A program made the position numbers and the translations under genes. Of a DNA stretch of 64,000 bases, positions 1 through 16,119 are shown piece after piece (position 1 is the first letter of the stretch; the number at the start of each line of letters is the position of its first letter). Below the pieces are notes generated by a model. It did no database searches and was not told the DNA's origin. It saw only the letters and a list, made by a program, of their open reading frames with translations. This stretch comes from the human T2T-CHM13v2.0 reference genome, Homo sapiens. The stretch lies in NCBI RefSeq assembly GCF_009914755.1, contig NC_060925.1. One strand, 5' to 3'.

Positions 1-792
1 TTTAAGATTATATCTCACTGTGGTTTTAATTTTTATTTCTCTGATTATTAGTCATTTCGCATTTTTTTTATAATCTTGTTGGCCATTTGTATGTCTTCTT
101 TTGAAAAAGAAGTCTATTCATGTCTTTTGCCCACTTTTTAATGTGGTAATTTGGTTTTTGTTGTTTTTATTGTTTAATTCTGGATATCAGTCCCCTGTTG
201 GATGCATAGTTTATAAATATTTTCTCCTGATTGTCTGTTCACTCTGTTCTGTTGCTGTGCAGAAACTTTTTAGCTTAATTTTTATTTGTTTATTTTTATT
301 TTTCTTCCTTGTGCTTTTGTCACAGTCATAAATTCTTTGCCTAGACCTATGTCTAAAATAATTTCCATAGGTTTTCTTCTAGTAGCTCTATAATTTTAGG
401 TCTTAAATTTAACTTTTTCATCCATCTTGAGTTGATTTTGTATATGGAGAAAGACAGATCCAGTTTTATTATTCTGCATACAGTAATATAATTTTTCTAG
501 CACCATTTATTGAAAAGAGTGTCCTTTCCCCAGTGTATGTTTTTCTCAACTTTGCAAAGGTCAGTTACCTAAAGATATGTGGCTTTATTTATGGTTTTTT
601 TTTCATTCTGTTTCATTGATCTATGTGTCCATTTTTATACCAATACCGTGCTGTTTTGCTTACTGGCCAGCTTTATAGCATAATTTGAGGTCAGGTAATG
701 TGATTCCTGCAGCATTGTTCTTTTTGCTTAAGATTGCTTTGGCTACTCTGGCTCTTTTTTCATTTCAGATGAATTTTAAGATTATTTTTCCT

Positions 793-1257
<465 letters not shown>

Positions 1258-4070
1258 CTACAATTTCTTCATCAGTGTTTTGTAGTTTTCTTTGTGGAGA
1301 TCTTTCACTTCCTTGGCTAAATATATTTCTAGATATGTTATTTTTGTAACTATTGCTAATGGAATTGACTTCTTGATTTGGTTATCAGCTTGATTGTTAC
1401 TGGTGTATAGAAATGCTACTGATTTTTGTACATTGATTTTGTATCTAAAACTTTACTGAATTTGTTCATCAAATCTAAGAGTGTTTTTAGAGGAGTCATT
1501 AGGGTTTTCTAAGATCATATCATCAGTGAGCAGAGATAGTTTGACTTCCTCTTTTCCAATGTGAATGCCTTAAATTTCTTTCTCTTGCCTAAATGCTCTG
1601 GCTAGGACTTCCAGTACTACGTTGAATAAGAGTGGTAAATGGGTGCATTCTTGTCTTATTGCAGTTCTTAGGGAGATTGCCTTCAACTTTTCCCAATTCA
1701 GTATTATGTTGGCTGCAGTTTTGTCATATATGGCTTTTATTATTTTGAGGTATGTTCCTTCTATGCATAGTTTGTTGGGGACATTATTATGCTGAATTTT
1801 ATCAAATGCTTTTTCTGCATCTATTGAGATGATCATATGGTTTTCGTTTTTAATTCTGATTATGTCATGAGTCACATTGATTGATTTGTGTATGTTGAAC
1901 CATCCTTGCATCCACAGAATAAAATCCACTTGATTATGGTGGTATTTTTTTAAATGATACTGGATTCCATTAGCTAGTATTTTGTTGAGAATTTTTGCCT
2001 CTATGTGCATCAGAGATACTGGTCTGTAGTTCTGTTTTATTGTTGTCCTCTTGTAAGGCTTTGGTTTTAGGATGATACTAACTTCATAGAATGAGTTAGG
2101 GAGGATTTACTTCCTCTCTATTTTCTTGGAATAGTTTCAGTAGGATTAGTACAAATTCTTTGTATGTTTCATAGAATTGGATGTGAACTCACCTGGTCCT
2201 GGGATTTTTTTGTTGTTGGCAGAATTTTATTACTGACTCAACCTCACTCTTCATTATTGGTCTGTTCAGGATTTCTACCTCTTCCTGGTTTAATCTTGGG
2301 AGATTGTATATTTCCATGAATTAATACATTTCCTCTAGGTTTTCTAATTTGCCAATGTAGAGTTGTTCATAGTAGTCTCTGATGTTCTTTTGCATTTCTG
2401 TAGTATAAGTTGTTAATGTCTACATTTTTATTTATAATTGTGTGTATTTAAATCCTCTCTGTTCTTTTCTTGGTTAGTGTAGCTACAGTTTATCAATTTT
2501 GTTTGTCTTTTCAAAAACCAACTTTTCTTTCACTGCTCCTTTCTGTTGTTCCCTTGGTCTCAATTTTGTTTAGTTTTTCCCTGATCTTTGTTATTTCTTT
2601 TCTTCTTCTAGCTTTGGGTTTGGTTTGTTCTTGTTTTCTATTTCCTTGAGGTGCAATTTCAGATTGTTAATTTTTTATCTTTTTATTTTTGGTGGGAGGT
2701 TTTTGGTGTAGGCCTTTGACACTATAAACTTTCCTTGCAGCATTGCTTTTGCTATATTCTAAAAGTTTTGCTTTTGTCTCTGTTTTTATTAAATTCAAAA
2801 GTTTTTCAAACTTCCAATTTAATTTTGTCATTGATGCAAGATTGTTCAAGAGTATGCTGTTTAATTTCCATATATTTGTCTAGTTTTGGGAATTCCTCTT
2901 GGTATTGTTTTCTAGTTTTATTTTGCTATGTTCTGAGAAGATACTTGCTATGATTTAATTTCTTTCAATTTACTGAAGCTAGTTTCATGGCCTAACATAT
3001 GAACTGTATTGGAAAATGTCCTATGTGCTATGGGAAGAATGTATATTCTGCATTTGTTAGATAGAATGTTAAGTCAACGTCTGTCAGTTTCCTTTGATCT
3101 AAAGCCTAATTTATGTCCAATGTTTCTTTGTTGATTTTCTGTCTTGATGATCTTTTTAGAGTGGGGTGTTGAAGCCCCCCCACCATTATTGTATTGCTCT
3201 CTCTTTGTGTCTAGTAATATTTGCTTCAAGAATCTGAGTGCTCCGGTGTTTAGTACATACATATTTATGATTGCTTTATATTATTGTTGAATTTATACAT
3301 TTATCATTATATAATAATGTTCTTTGCCTCTTTTTAATGTTGTTGATTTAAAGTATATTTTATCTGATATAAATATAGCTATTCCTCTTGCTTTTGGTTT
3401 CCATTTGTGGGGAATACCTTTTTCCATCCCTTTGCATTCAGTCTGTTTCTAGCAGTAAGATAAGTTTTGTAGAAGCAGCATACAGTTGGTTCATGTGTTT
3501 TAATTCAGCCATTCTATATCTTTAAAGTGTTTAATCTATTTACATGCAAGCTTAAGATTGATATGTAAAGTTTAGTTCTTGTCATAATGTTAGTTTTCTA
3601 GTTATTTTGAACATTATTTTTTCCTTTTTTATCTCTGCTTGTCTTTGTGGTTTTGTGGAGTTGTGTCATGTTGCCATTTGATTTCTTTCTCTTCTTCCTT
3701 GTATAATTGTTTCTACAAGGTCTGTGAGGTGTATATTTTTGTGTGTTTTATGATGGCAAATATCAACCTTCCATTTCCATGTTTAGAACTCCTTTGAGCA
3801 TTTCTAGTAGAACTGGTCTGGTAGTAATGAATTCTCTCAGCATTTGTTTGTCTGGGAAATATATTTTTTTCTCTTTCACATAAAAAGCTTATTCTTGCAG
3901 CATGTAAAACTCGTGGTTGACAGTTTTTTCTTTAACAACTCTAAAAATAGGATCCTAATCCCTTCTGGCTTGCAAGGTTTCTGCTGAGAAATCCACTGCT
4001 AATATGATGAGGTTTCCTTTATGGGTGGCTAGACAATTTTATCTTGATAATTTTAGAATCTTTTACTTTC

Positions 4071-6402
<2,332 letters not shown>

Positions 6403-8699
6403 TGAAGTCCATCTCGCTATGTATTTTCCAGGTGTTTGCCAGGCCTTTTGTATCTGGATGTCTAAATGTGTTGTAAGATAAGAGATGGTTTCATCAATTA
6501 TTTTTTTAAACAGATCTCCTAAACTTCTTGGTTTTTCTTTTCCCTCAATAGTAACAATGATTCATAAGCTTGGTCATTTTCTGTAGTCTCATACTTCTTG
6601 AAAGCTTTGTTCCTTCTTTTTATTCTTTTTACTTTATTTTTGTCTGATTGGATTAATTCAAAAGACCTGTCTTCAGATTCAGAGAGTCTCTATTCTGCAT
6701 GGTATAATCTATTGTTGAAGGTTTCAACTGTATTTTGTAACTCCTTCAAAGATTTTTTCATTTCCAGAAAAAAAATTAAGATATCTCCTTAGTAAATTTC
6801 TATTTTATATCCTGAGTTGATTTTCGGATTTCTTTGTATTCATTTTTAGATTTATCTTGTATTTCATTGAGCTTCTTTAAAATCAATATTATGAATTTTT
6901 CTGGCTTTTGAAATATTTTCTTTTGGATAGGATCCATTGCTAGAAAATTACTGTGTTCCTTTGGGGCATCATATACCCTTGTTTTTTTAATACTTCCAGA
7001 ATAATTATGCTGATTTCTTTGCATCTGGGCAAACAGTCACTTCTTAATTTTGAATTTACTTTCATTAATGCAGGCAGGAACTTTTTTTCTTGGGGGTATC
7101 ACTATGATTTATGTTGGACAGGGTCATTTGACTATGCCTCTGGGTGCATTCAGTAGTCAAGACTCTATTATTTTCTTGGTTATAAATAGCTGTAGTGTGC
7201 CAGCTTTCTAAAATGCTGGTTGTTGTAGTGGTGTACCAGGTGGGTGAGCAGGCTCACTGCCCCCTGACAAGCTAAGGTGGCATGGGCAATGGTGTTAGTA
7301 GAAGTTGGGAAAAGTTTGTCTCCTTCCCAAGTGCTGCACTCTTGTATCAGATTTTGTATTGTGTTGTTTGTGCCAGTCAACTTCCTAGCCAGTAGGTGAC
7401 ATTTTCAGGTAAAAGCCAGCTGAGGTGGTACCTGTAGGGTTTATGCTTGAACTGTGTTAACAGCTGGAGAAGTGCTCCAGTGTTTCAGGTGGTGGGTTGG
7501 GCTCTGGAGCACTCAAGAGCTTCAGTCCCACCCTCCCTCTAGGAGGGGATGGTGGAGCCAGGGAGGGGAAGCCTACACTCAGGCCCTCCAATAGCAAGTG
7601 CAAGCACCAGCCCTGACAGGGTGGTGGGGAAGTCCTCAGGTCCCTGGAGGAAGTTGCTGAGGTCTCTTTATGGTAATCCCAGTACCACAACCTCAACAGG
7701 TAAAAATGGGATTAGTTTCTCCCTCACATCTCTGTCTGGGCATTCAGGATGTTCAGTTAGGTTAGACATTGCTATTTGCTTCTAGGCTGCAATTATGTTA
7801 GCAAATTTTATATTGCACTGTGTGGGTTCACCTCTTGGCCATTAAGTGGTGCTTGCAGGTGAGAGCCAGCTATGGTGGTAGCAGTAAGTTTATGCTTGAC
7901 CTTTGTTAACCAGGAGAAATGCTCAGGTGTCCCAGGTGATGGGTTGGGCTGTGGAGCTCTCAGTGGTTCTAATCTCATGCTCTGCCTCTGAGGCAGGGGT
8001 GAGCAGGCAAGCTGGGGAGGGCTGGGATGGTGAAGCCTGCACTTGGGCCCTCAATAATGGGCATATGTGCTGGCCCTGACAGGAGTCAGAAGGCAGTTCT
8101 TAGGCCCATGGAGCAATACTTCAAGGAGGAGCAAAGCACCTGTTACCATGCCATAGAGCCGGCATGGTTGGAGAGGCAACTCATGCACCACAGCCAAGCA
8201 GGCAGTAGTGGAACCCACCTTGCTTTAATGCTTTCAACCTGACAAGCATCCTTGCCACAGCTTGCGGCTGGCAGCAAGCTGAGACAACCAGCCAAGTCAC
8301 AAATAGTTTTCTTCAGATGGCAAAACTGCTGCAGGCCATAAACTCACTGCCTGTGTCAAAACCATGGCTTCCAGGCCAAATCTCTTCAAGTCGTCTTACA
8401 AAGACAGGGTGATCAACTCCCATGCCTGTGGCTAAAGCCCACATCACATTCACCTCTGTTCTAGCCATGGGGACTCCTCCCCTACTCAAGGCCAGATCAC
8501 AAATTTCCCTACCAAAATTCTCCAAACCAATAACTGCCTCCTGTGCTGGCTGGCAATTTCTTGGGCACTCCTGGTGTTTTTTGTTTTGTTTTTTTTTTGA
8601 TAAAATTTAGCAGTGTAAATTTATACACAGTATTTTGCTATTTCCAAGTGGGTGAGGTGTGCTGACAAGCTTCTAATCTGTCATCTTGGAAAAAATTAT

Positions 8700-9360
8700 T
8701 ATTTTAACCTGGTTACTTTCAAGATTTTTTTTTCATTTCTGGTTTTAAATATTTGACTCTGCTTACATATATTTGACATTTTTCTATTTACCCTACCTGG
8801 AATTCACTCAGATTCTTAGATCTGTATCTTATATTTTTTAATAATATGAACATTTTAACCAATGTTTTTTCAAATATTTTTGTGACACATACTATTCTCT
8901 CTTTCTGAGACTTCAAGTACATGTACATTAGATGTCTTGAATTGTAGCACAGGTCATTGAGACTCTGTTCATTGTTATTCATTTTTTCTCTGTTTTTCAG
9001 ATTCAATAATTTTTATTAATCACTCTCAAGTTCATTGACCCTTTTTTCTACCAACACCAGTCTACTGTTAAACAGTAAATTTTTATTTCACGTATTTTAA
9101 TTTTCAGTTCTAGATTTCTTGACTGAGATTCTACATATGTTTACTTATTATAAGAAAATTTTCTATAAGTTCTTGAGCCTATATACACTAGCTACTTTAA
9201 AGTTCCTGACTACTGAATGGAGTCATCTTAGGGTTGACGTGTTGACTCATTTTCTCTTGATAGGGGCCACAATGTTGTTTTTTTCCCCAATGTTGAGCAT
9301 TTTGTAATTACATACTGAAAATTGTGGATGATAAATTATAGAGATTCTGGATTCATTAAC
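8700..9360 (-). mobile_element. Ancient L1M ORF1-region fragment
   Basis: Degenerate ORF1-like translation 8788-9006 (NEQSLNDL...) and T-rich L1 antisense composition. Confidence 0.55.
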
Positions 9361-9569
9361 CTGGGGGCACTTGCTATCTCTGAGTAGGCTTAATCTCATG
9401 AAGTTTTACTAGAATAAAGTTCTTGAACTTGTCAAACTCATTTACCTTGACCTGCTACAAATACATGCAAGGATGAAATTCACCAATTGAGTTGGGAATT
9501 TTTTTCTCTGGGTCTTCACAGTACCCGTGTATTGCATTAATCACACTGCACTGAAATGGGTTGCAAGTA

Positions 9570-9690
9570 GATTGTTAGCTACTCAATGCAAGACTAGGGC
9601 CTTATTTATCTCTACATTCCTAGTGCCTAACCCAGTGTCTGATACTCAGAGTGAACAGGCATTTTATATTTGTTGAAGTAACAAACTAAA
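9570..9690 (+). mobile_element. L2 3'-end fragment
   Basis: TTTATCTCTACATTCCTAGTGCCTAACCCAGTGTCTG...ATATTTGTTGAA resembles the L2 3' terminus. Confidence 0.6.
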
Positions 9691-10016
9691 TAATTAAAGA
9701 ATCAGAAACTATACAATTCTACACAAAGTTCATAAAATACTGGAATATGTGAATCTTTTAATTCAGAAGCAAAGATTATATAAGCTCAGTTCCAACTGAC
9801 AATATCACTGAACCACAACACAAGATACAGTTAAGTGCCCATGGTAAACGTTTTTAAAAAATACATTCATGATCATCAATATATTTTATTTACAGGGTCA
9901 GGGAAGGAATTAGAACGTTTTAGAAAAAGTTCATCAATTCTGAGTGAAATGAAGTTTTAGGATCTCAAAAATAAAGTTTATTCTTTGTACTTTATTCTCT
10001 GATAAGAATTAATACA

Positions 10017-10068
10017 GTGTGTGTGTGTGCGTGCGTGCATGCACACGCAGGCACATGCACACGTGTGT
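10017..10068. repeat. (TG)n/(TGCG)n/(CA) alternating purine-pyrimidine microsatellite
   Basis: GTGTGTGTGTGTGCGTGCGTGCATGCACACGCAGGCACATGCACACGTGTG seen directly. Confidence 0.8.
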
Positions 10069-10109
10069 TTGAATGAATGGATGAGGTAATAAAAATGGAC
10101 AAAGAATAA

Positions 10110-10350
10110 AAAGCATGGAATTCAGAATTACTAGATTTGTAGTTAAGGCTCACTTCTATTTTAGTCCTACTGCTAGTTCTAACAATGAATATGACCTTGG
10201 AAAAGTAATTTAAACTACCATTTGCAATGGATATATCCGAAAACTGTGGGACTAGTACCTTACAGGAGTGTTATAAGAATCAAACGGGATGATGAACACA
10301 AAAGACCTTTGTAAACTCTAAAGAGCTATATAAACATTAAAGATCGTTAT
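10110..10350 (+). mobile_element. MIR fragment
   Basis: TATGACCTTGGAAAAGTAATTTAAAC...GTACCTTACAGGAGTGTTATAAGAATCAAA, a MIR core-like sequence. Confidence 0.6.
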
Positions 10351-11874
10351 TAAATGAAATAATGCAAATAAAGCATTTTATCGCAATGCCCATTATACCT
10401 AAAGCTTTTAAATGTTAGCACCCTCCCACAAAAATATACATGTGCATGCATGTATACATATACACACACACCACACACACTCACACTTGTGTTCACACCT
10501 TAGCGGCACAACAAAACTAACTTAGGTTCTTGTACCCTTTAAATATGTCATTTTCAAAGTTAAGCTCTCTGTGACACATACTACCTGCTTATCCTTGGCT
10601 TAAGTTTATCTCTCCTGCCCACTTCCATGCTTTCTCCTCTCCCAGAAACATTTGCACCCATCAATAAAATGTTTTATTCCACTCATTGTTGGGAGTGATG
10701 GAGCCATCGTCTCCTCTAATCCATTATAGGTTACAACTGATGAATGTAAAAGGATATCAGGTAAAACTAGTTTTTCTCTAAAGAAGTTACAAAATCAACA
10801 CTGTAAAAATCATTTACAGAAGTTATAAGATCCATAATAGTCTTTTCATAATTTTCCTAAAGATAAATGTTTAAATGTCTTAACTCTTGATTTTATATGT
10901 CAAGCTATCAAGCAATTATTTTAAAGATTATCAAAATAACGGTCCTGCTTATAGCTAAAACATATTAATCCAGTGTGCAATTTTAAGTGACTAACTAATG
11001 TAAATATATGATAAATAGTCAGCTGAGTCTATTAGGCAATCCTGCAATGAAGGCAAATAACTTCAAGTATGCACTCAGGATTGTCACCTGTACTCTGTTA
11101 TTTTCTCTGTTACTTGATTTTAGGTAAAAGGAGTCTATCAGACAAACAGAAAGAATATAACAAGATGTATCTATCAAAAAATACACCTGAGGAAACCCTT
11201 GGACAAGACTTTATACTCAATAGATGTTCACACATTCATTTATGCAAAGGTATATTAAGCACTTACTTTTTGCCAGACTAGTATTCAACAGGGCAATGGG
11301 CATACAGGTGAATAAAACACCCGCCCAACTAACACTTCTGCCTTTTTCAGGTTAGTGTGTCTCTGTCAGACTCTTCTCTTTCCCTTATCATCTTCCCTCA
11401 TCCTTTGCAGACACCAGTTGACCCAATGCCACAAAAAGTTAATTAAATATCACCTCTCTATGAATGTTTTCTGACCTTCTAAATAGATTCCTTTTCTGAA
11501 CAATGCCTCTGACCCAAACAACAATCCTGTGCATGTGCCTTTAGCAAGTTTTTGTACTTCTTGTTATTTTGTCTGCTTTCCCCCTGGACTGTGAATTACA
11601 TGAAACAGAATATCTGCATTAGTCGTTATTGTAACCCCAGAGATAGTTAATTGCTTGACACATAGTGCTTGAAAAAGGTAAATAGATTTAATAAATATCT
11701 GATATTATGACTATGTTTCTGGTGAATAAAAGAGCTTAACAAAAAACATATTAAAATAATAAAAGTATTTGAAATGTACAAAGGAAGAAAAATAAAGGAG
11801 TATGGATAGAGTGAGACATTGGGGAATAATCATGCACTCAGGATGAGTGCAACAAATAAAGACAACAAAACAAT

Positions 11875-12079
11875 TGTGGTGGGGTCGGGGGAGGGGGGAG
11901 GGATAGCATTGGGAGATATACCTAATGCTAGATGACACGTTAGTGGGTGCAGCGCACCAGCATGGCACATGTATACATATGTAACTAACCTGCACAATGT
12001 GCACATGTACCCTAAAACTTAGAGTATAATAAAAAAAAAAATTAAAAAAAAAAAAGATTCACTATTAAAAAAAAAAAAA
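11875..12079 (+). mobile_element. Very short 5'-truncated L1HS pre-Ta (ACG/G) insertion
   Basis: L1HS 3'UTR: GATGACACGTTAGTGGG (ACG at 11937-11939), CTGCACAATGTGCAC and AAAACTTAGAGTATAAT (G at 12022), followed by A-rich tails. Confidence 0.9.
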
Positions 12080-14149
12080 TTGAGATAGTGAAAATAATGC
12101 CACATTTACTATCAATATAAGCATTTTGCATAGACAATAGGAAGCAGCAACAAAATGACTCACTCTTCCTAATTCATCCTCCAGGAGGGACCTGTGACCA
12201 CATAAACCTACTCACTCTTATGCTATTGCACTTTGCCTGTAGATGCTGCTTTCTCTAGTGAGTCTAAATCCATGCAAAGTATGTAAAACAACAAACACTA
12301 GTGGGGTATTCACTCATCTACAAAGTGTTGGAGGAGCAGGAATAGTATTGAAATACTTAAGGAATACAGGAGGGAATACAGGAAGGGATGGAAGAAGACA
12401 GAAAAACTTTCAATAAGACCACACTTGGCCTTTGATATTCCCCCATAACCCATTATTCCTCAACCTCCAAGCTGAGAACCACCCATACCTTCCATATTCT
12501 CTAACTAGTGTAAGAACAGCAATGCCTATATAGGCAAAACTGGACCAGGTCAAAGGATCCTTATTTAAGAGGGTGTAAGGATATTGTGGATGTCAATAGT
12601 CTCTGAAGGAAGAAAGTTGGATCTGGTCTCATATTTCTGTTTGGATTTGAGGGAAGAAATACTTATGCCAGAATTAATTCTCTAAGAATATGATGAAAAG
12701 GTCACATTAATACCTATATTAGAAATGTAGTGAATAATTTCAAAAAAGTTCAAAAATCCTCTGACACCCGCCCAGGCACCCTCTAGAAAACTATGAACCT
12801 CAGGTTGAGACATCTTTTGGGAAGGATATCAGGCTGGTCAGTAGGGAGACCCTGCTATCAGCTGTGATGTTATCCAACTGGGACAGCCAGTTGGGGATCA
12901 AGGGGACTCTGTGCAGAGACCCTTCACCTCCAGTTTGTGACCTCCTCACAAAGGGATCTGTAGAAGACAGAGAAGATCACAGGTCACCTAAAAGACACTT
13001 AACCCTATTTCTGTGGTTAGGAACAGAAAAATAAAACTCGAGAGTAAGAGATAGGAACTGACTTGAGGATGGAACAACAGTAGATGTCATGAGTGTGTGA
13101 AAACAGATGTTTCCATACCTGTGTCTCTTAGAAAGTACCTTCCAGCTCTGTCTCAGAGTAGAGATAAACTCTGGTGGGAAGATTCATAAAACAAAATATT
13201 CCCACAATGTTTCCCATTGAGGGTATACAATAATGTAGCACAGTTATGCTTATTTTACAAATAAATATCTGGAGAAATATGAAGCTTGCACAGTTTGCTG
13301 AGAGAATGGAAGTTAATGGCATTTACCTTGGACCCTAGAATTAGTATAACCAATATCTAAGACAACAACTTCAATGTCACTGAAGCTACTACATATAAAT
13401 TAAAAATCTAAAAAGCTACCATAAGTTGAAAAGAGACGAGTCTTCATGAAAAGTGCATCTGGATAAAAATGTAGTTTCAGAGAAAAGCCACCAGTATGTG
13501 TTCTTTCTGCTTATCCCCTAGGGAACAGCAGAGATTTCTGCCTTGGTTGCACAGAAGGAAGGAATACACATAGAAATGAACACTATTTGAGGAGCGAATA
13601 CAGCTGGATAATAAAAGAAGAGACTTTTTTTTCAAAGCTGTTCATTTTTCAATCCGCAAGAATTAAGATATAATTACAAAATGACTGTCACATGGAATAT
13701 TATTTGACTCCTGAGAATGAAAGCTTTCTTTTTTATGTAAGCAGAGAGAAATAAAGGTTGGTGTCTCTGCGGCTTATTTCCCTAACACCGCTGCCACCTA
13801 TGTTCCCACTGTCTCTACTCCACATCCCCTAACCAGACAAGCTCAAAGATTTGACTGTCAGAGAGTTCAGGTAAAATGGGAGCCAAAAAGCTTTCAAAAC
13901 TGAAATCTTCAAGCACAGAAACAAGTAGTCTTAATCCAGCTTGGAGTGATTCTTGTATCTGGTAACAAAATTCACCAGAGCAGAAATCCTGCTTTCTGCC
14001 ATGCCTAGAACACTAAACAGACAAGCATTTCTATTCTTTGACAGTATTCTCAACAAATATTATATTTGATGAATTTGTGTATTGTGGCATGTTTGTGAGT
14101 AGACACACTACACTGGGCTAATGGTCTCTTAATGAAATAATCCAATCCA

Positions 14150-15079
14150 TTAAGAAATATTTCTGCCCACAACTCTGCATAGGGCATCCTTTACCTCCTT
14201 GTTTCTCAGACTGTAAACAACAGGGTTCAGCAAGGGAGTGATGATGGTGTACGTCACTGAGAGAACAAGGTCTTTTTCTATTGAACTTTCTGACTTCGGC
14301 TTGAGGTAGGCAATGGAGGCACAGCCACAGTGGACAATAACCACAGTGAGGTGGGAGACACAGGTGGCAAAGGTCTTCTTCCAGCCCTCAGCTGAGGCAA
14401 TTTGAAGGATGGAAGAGATGACAAGGACATAGGAGATAAATATCAGGCCTATGGGCACAAAAATCACAAATGAACTTACACCATAATTTATTATCTCATT
14501 GATAGTGGTATCAATGCAAGAAAGTTTCATGACTGGGTAAATGTCACAAAAGAAGTGGTCTACCACTGTGCCACAGAACGGCAAATTGAACATGGCTGTC
14601 ACATGGAGAACTGCCATAGTCAGACCAATGCCAAAGGACCCACACACCAGCTGGGCACATAGTCCCTTGCTCATGATGACAGTGTATCTCAGGGGTCTGC
14701 AGATGGCCACATAGCGGTCATACCCCATTGCAGTAAGCAGGAAGCAATTATTAGTGGCCAAGATAACAAAAAAGAACATTTGTGTAGCACAGCCTGCCAA
14801 GGAGATAGGTTGGTTATGAAAAATGAGGCTCAAAAGCATTCGTGGCACAATGACCAGTGTGTACACCGTCTCTGAACTAGCCAGCATGCTTAGGAAGAAA
14901 TACATGGGAGTGTGGAGATGATGGTCAATGCAGATGATAGTCACAATGATGATGTTAGCAACCAGAGTTAAAATGTAGACAGTTAGGAAAACCACAAAGA
15001 GGGTTATCTGATGCTTTCCAAAGCTAGAAAATCCCAAGAAAATGAATTCTGACACTTCTGTGAAGTTCTTTCTCTTCAT
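14150..15079 (-). CDS. OR10J5: Olfactory receptor family 10 subfamily J member 5 (309 aa, intact, single coding exon)
   Basis: Intact ORF with OR motifs LHTPMYFFL, MGYDRYVAIC.PL.Y, HFFCD, KTFATCVSHL and PLLNPVVYSLRN, plus an N-terminal NFT sequon. The sequence MKRKNFTEVSEF...VVGRNIS is recognised as OR10J5. Confidence 0.93.
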   Translation of the reverse strand: MKRKNFTEVSEFIFLGFSSFGKHQITLFVVFLTVYILTLVANIIIVTIICIDHHLHTPMYFFLSMLASSETVYTLVIVPRMLLSLIFHNQPISLAGCATQMFFFVILATNNCFLLTAMGYDRYVAICRPLRYTVIMSKGLCAQLVCGSFGIGLTMAVLHVTAMFNLPFCGTVVDHFFCDIYPVMKLSCIDTTINEIINYGVSSFVIFVPIGLIFISYVLVISSILQIASAEGWKKTFATCVSHLTVVIVHCGCASIAYLKPKSESSIEKDLVLSVTYTIITPLLNPVVYSLRNKEVKDALCRVVGRNIS

Positions 15080-15095
15080 TCTGCTATATCAGTGT

Positions 15096-15125
15096 CTGAA
15101 AGCAACAAATGGAGTCAACAAGGAG
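15096..15125 (-). promoter_or_regulatory. Candidate splice acceptor for the OR10J5 coding exon
   Basis: Minus strand reads ...GACTCCATTTGTTGCTTTCAG|ACACTGATATAGCAGA-ATG: a pyrimidine tract plus CAG 16 nt upstream of the ATG, as is typical of OR genes with 5' non-coding exons. Confidence 0.6.
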
Positions 15126-16119
15126 TAAATTCTCAACAGCAATTGGACTTTAAAACAAAGAAAAATGATAATTGTACTGAGACTGAATCCAATTTCCTTC
15201 TTTTTGATCATGATGCTCATGCAGGGTCCTTGCACATGAAGAGAGAAGCCTACTTGTGCCTCTTTGGGGCTTTATACATATGAACATTGTCACTGTGGAG
15301 CAAATTACTTTCTGCGCATGGAGAGGGCTTCTGCATGCCTGCTCACCTCACAGACATTATAGTGATGTTAGGAAGGGAAAAAGACAGCAAGGAGAAAGCC
15401 ATGCTCTATATTTCAACCAATAATAATATCCACTCTTTAAACCCTCTTAACAAGGAGGACTCCAGTGAAGCCCATGTCAAGAAAACCATAAAGATGAAAG
15501 TTTTGCAAAAAAAAAAAAAAAAAAGATATAGCAGTTTGAAATATTTGAAGACGGAAAACTTTGAGACGTGGTCACTGGATTTCATAACAGGGTCACCAAG
15601 GAGCTTTTACACAGTGTTTCAGTTGAATTATGAATATAGAAACTTGATTTTGGAGAGGTAATGTGGTCCAAATATGTTATTGTACTCTCAAAACAGAACA
15701 ACTACAACACAAATTCTGCCATTATCTCTCTACTAAAATTGATCACTCAAGTCCCATCAAAGAAATCTTTTTTTTTTTTTTTTTTGCTGATTCTAGTAGG
15801 CCTTTTGAGTGAAGTCAGGAAGAGAGAGCTGTGACAGAAAACGTTGTGTAGTTGCCACTGTCATTATAAAGGACTGGGACAACTTGAGGTGTAGAAGAGA
15901 CTCCGGAGTTGAGAGAGAAATCTGCAGCTATCTGTAGCCCAACTGGCTTAACTATTTTTAAAAATATGGTGAACATACAATTTTGAGAAGCAGAGACACT
16001 AATCCCTTTTGTCAAAAAGCAAGCATGTATAAACTGTATGGAGAGCATATATCTGATCCTATGGTTCTCTTTAGTGACCATCTTATTGTTCTCCCTTTAT
16101 TTTCAGAAGTATTAAAACA

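Noticed and set aside
13128-13322. Similar peptides ETELEGTF / ETELQGTF (also 59470-59682) suggesting a conserved small gene
   Set aside because: Explained by nucleotide homology of the duplicated OR 3' flanks; the rest of the two ORFs is unrelated.
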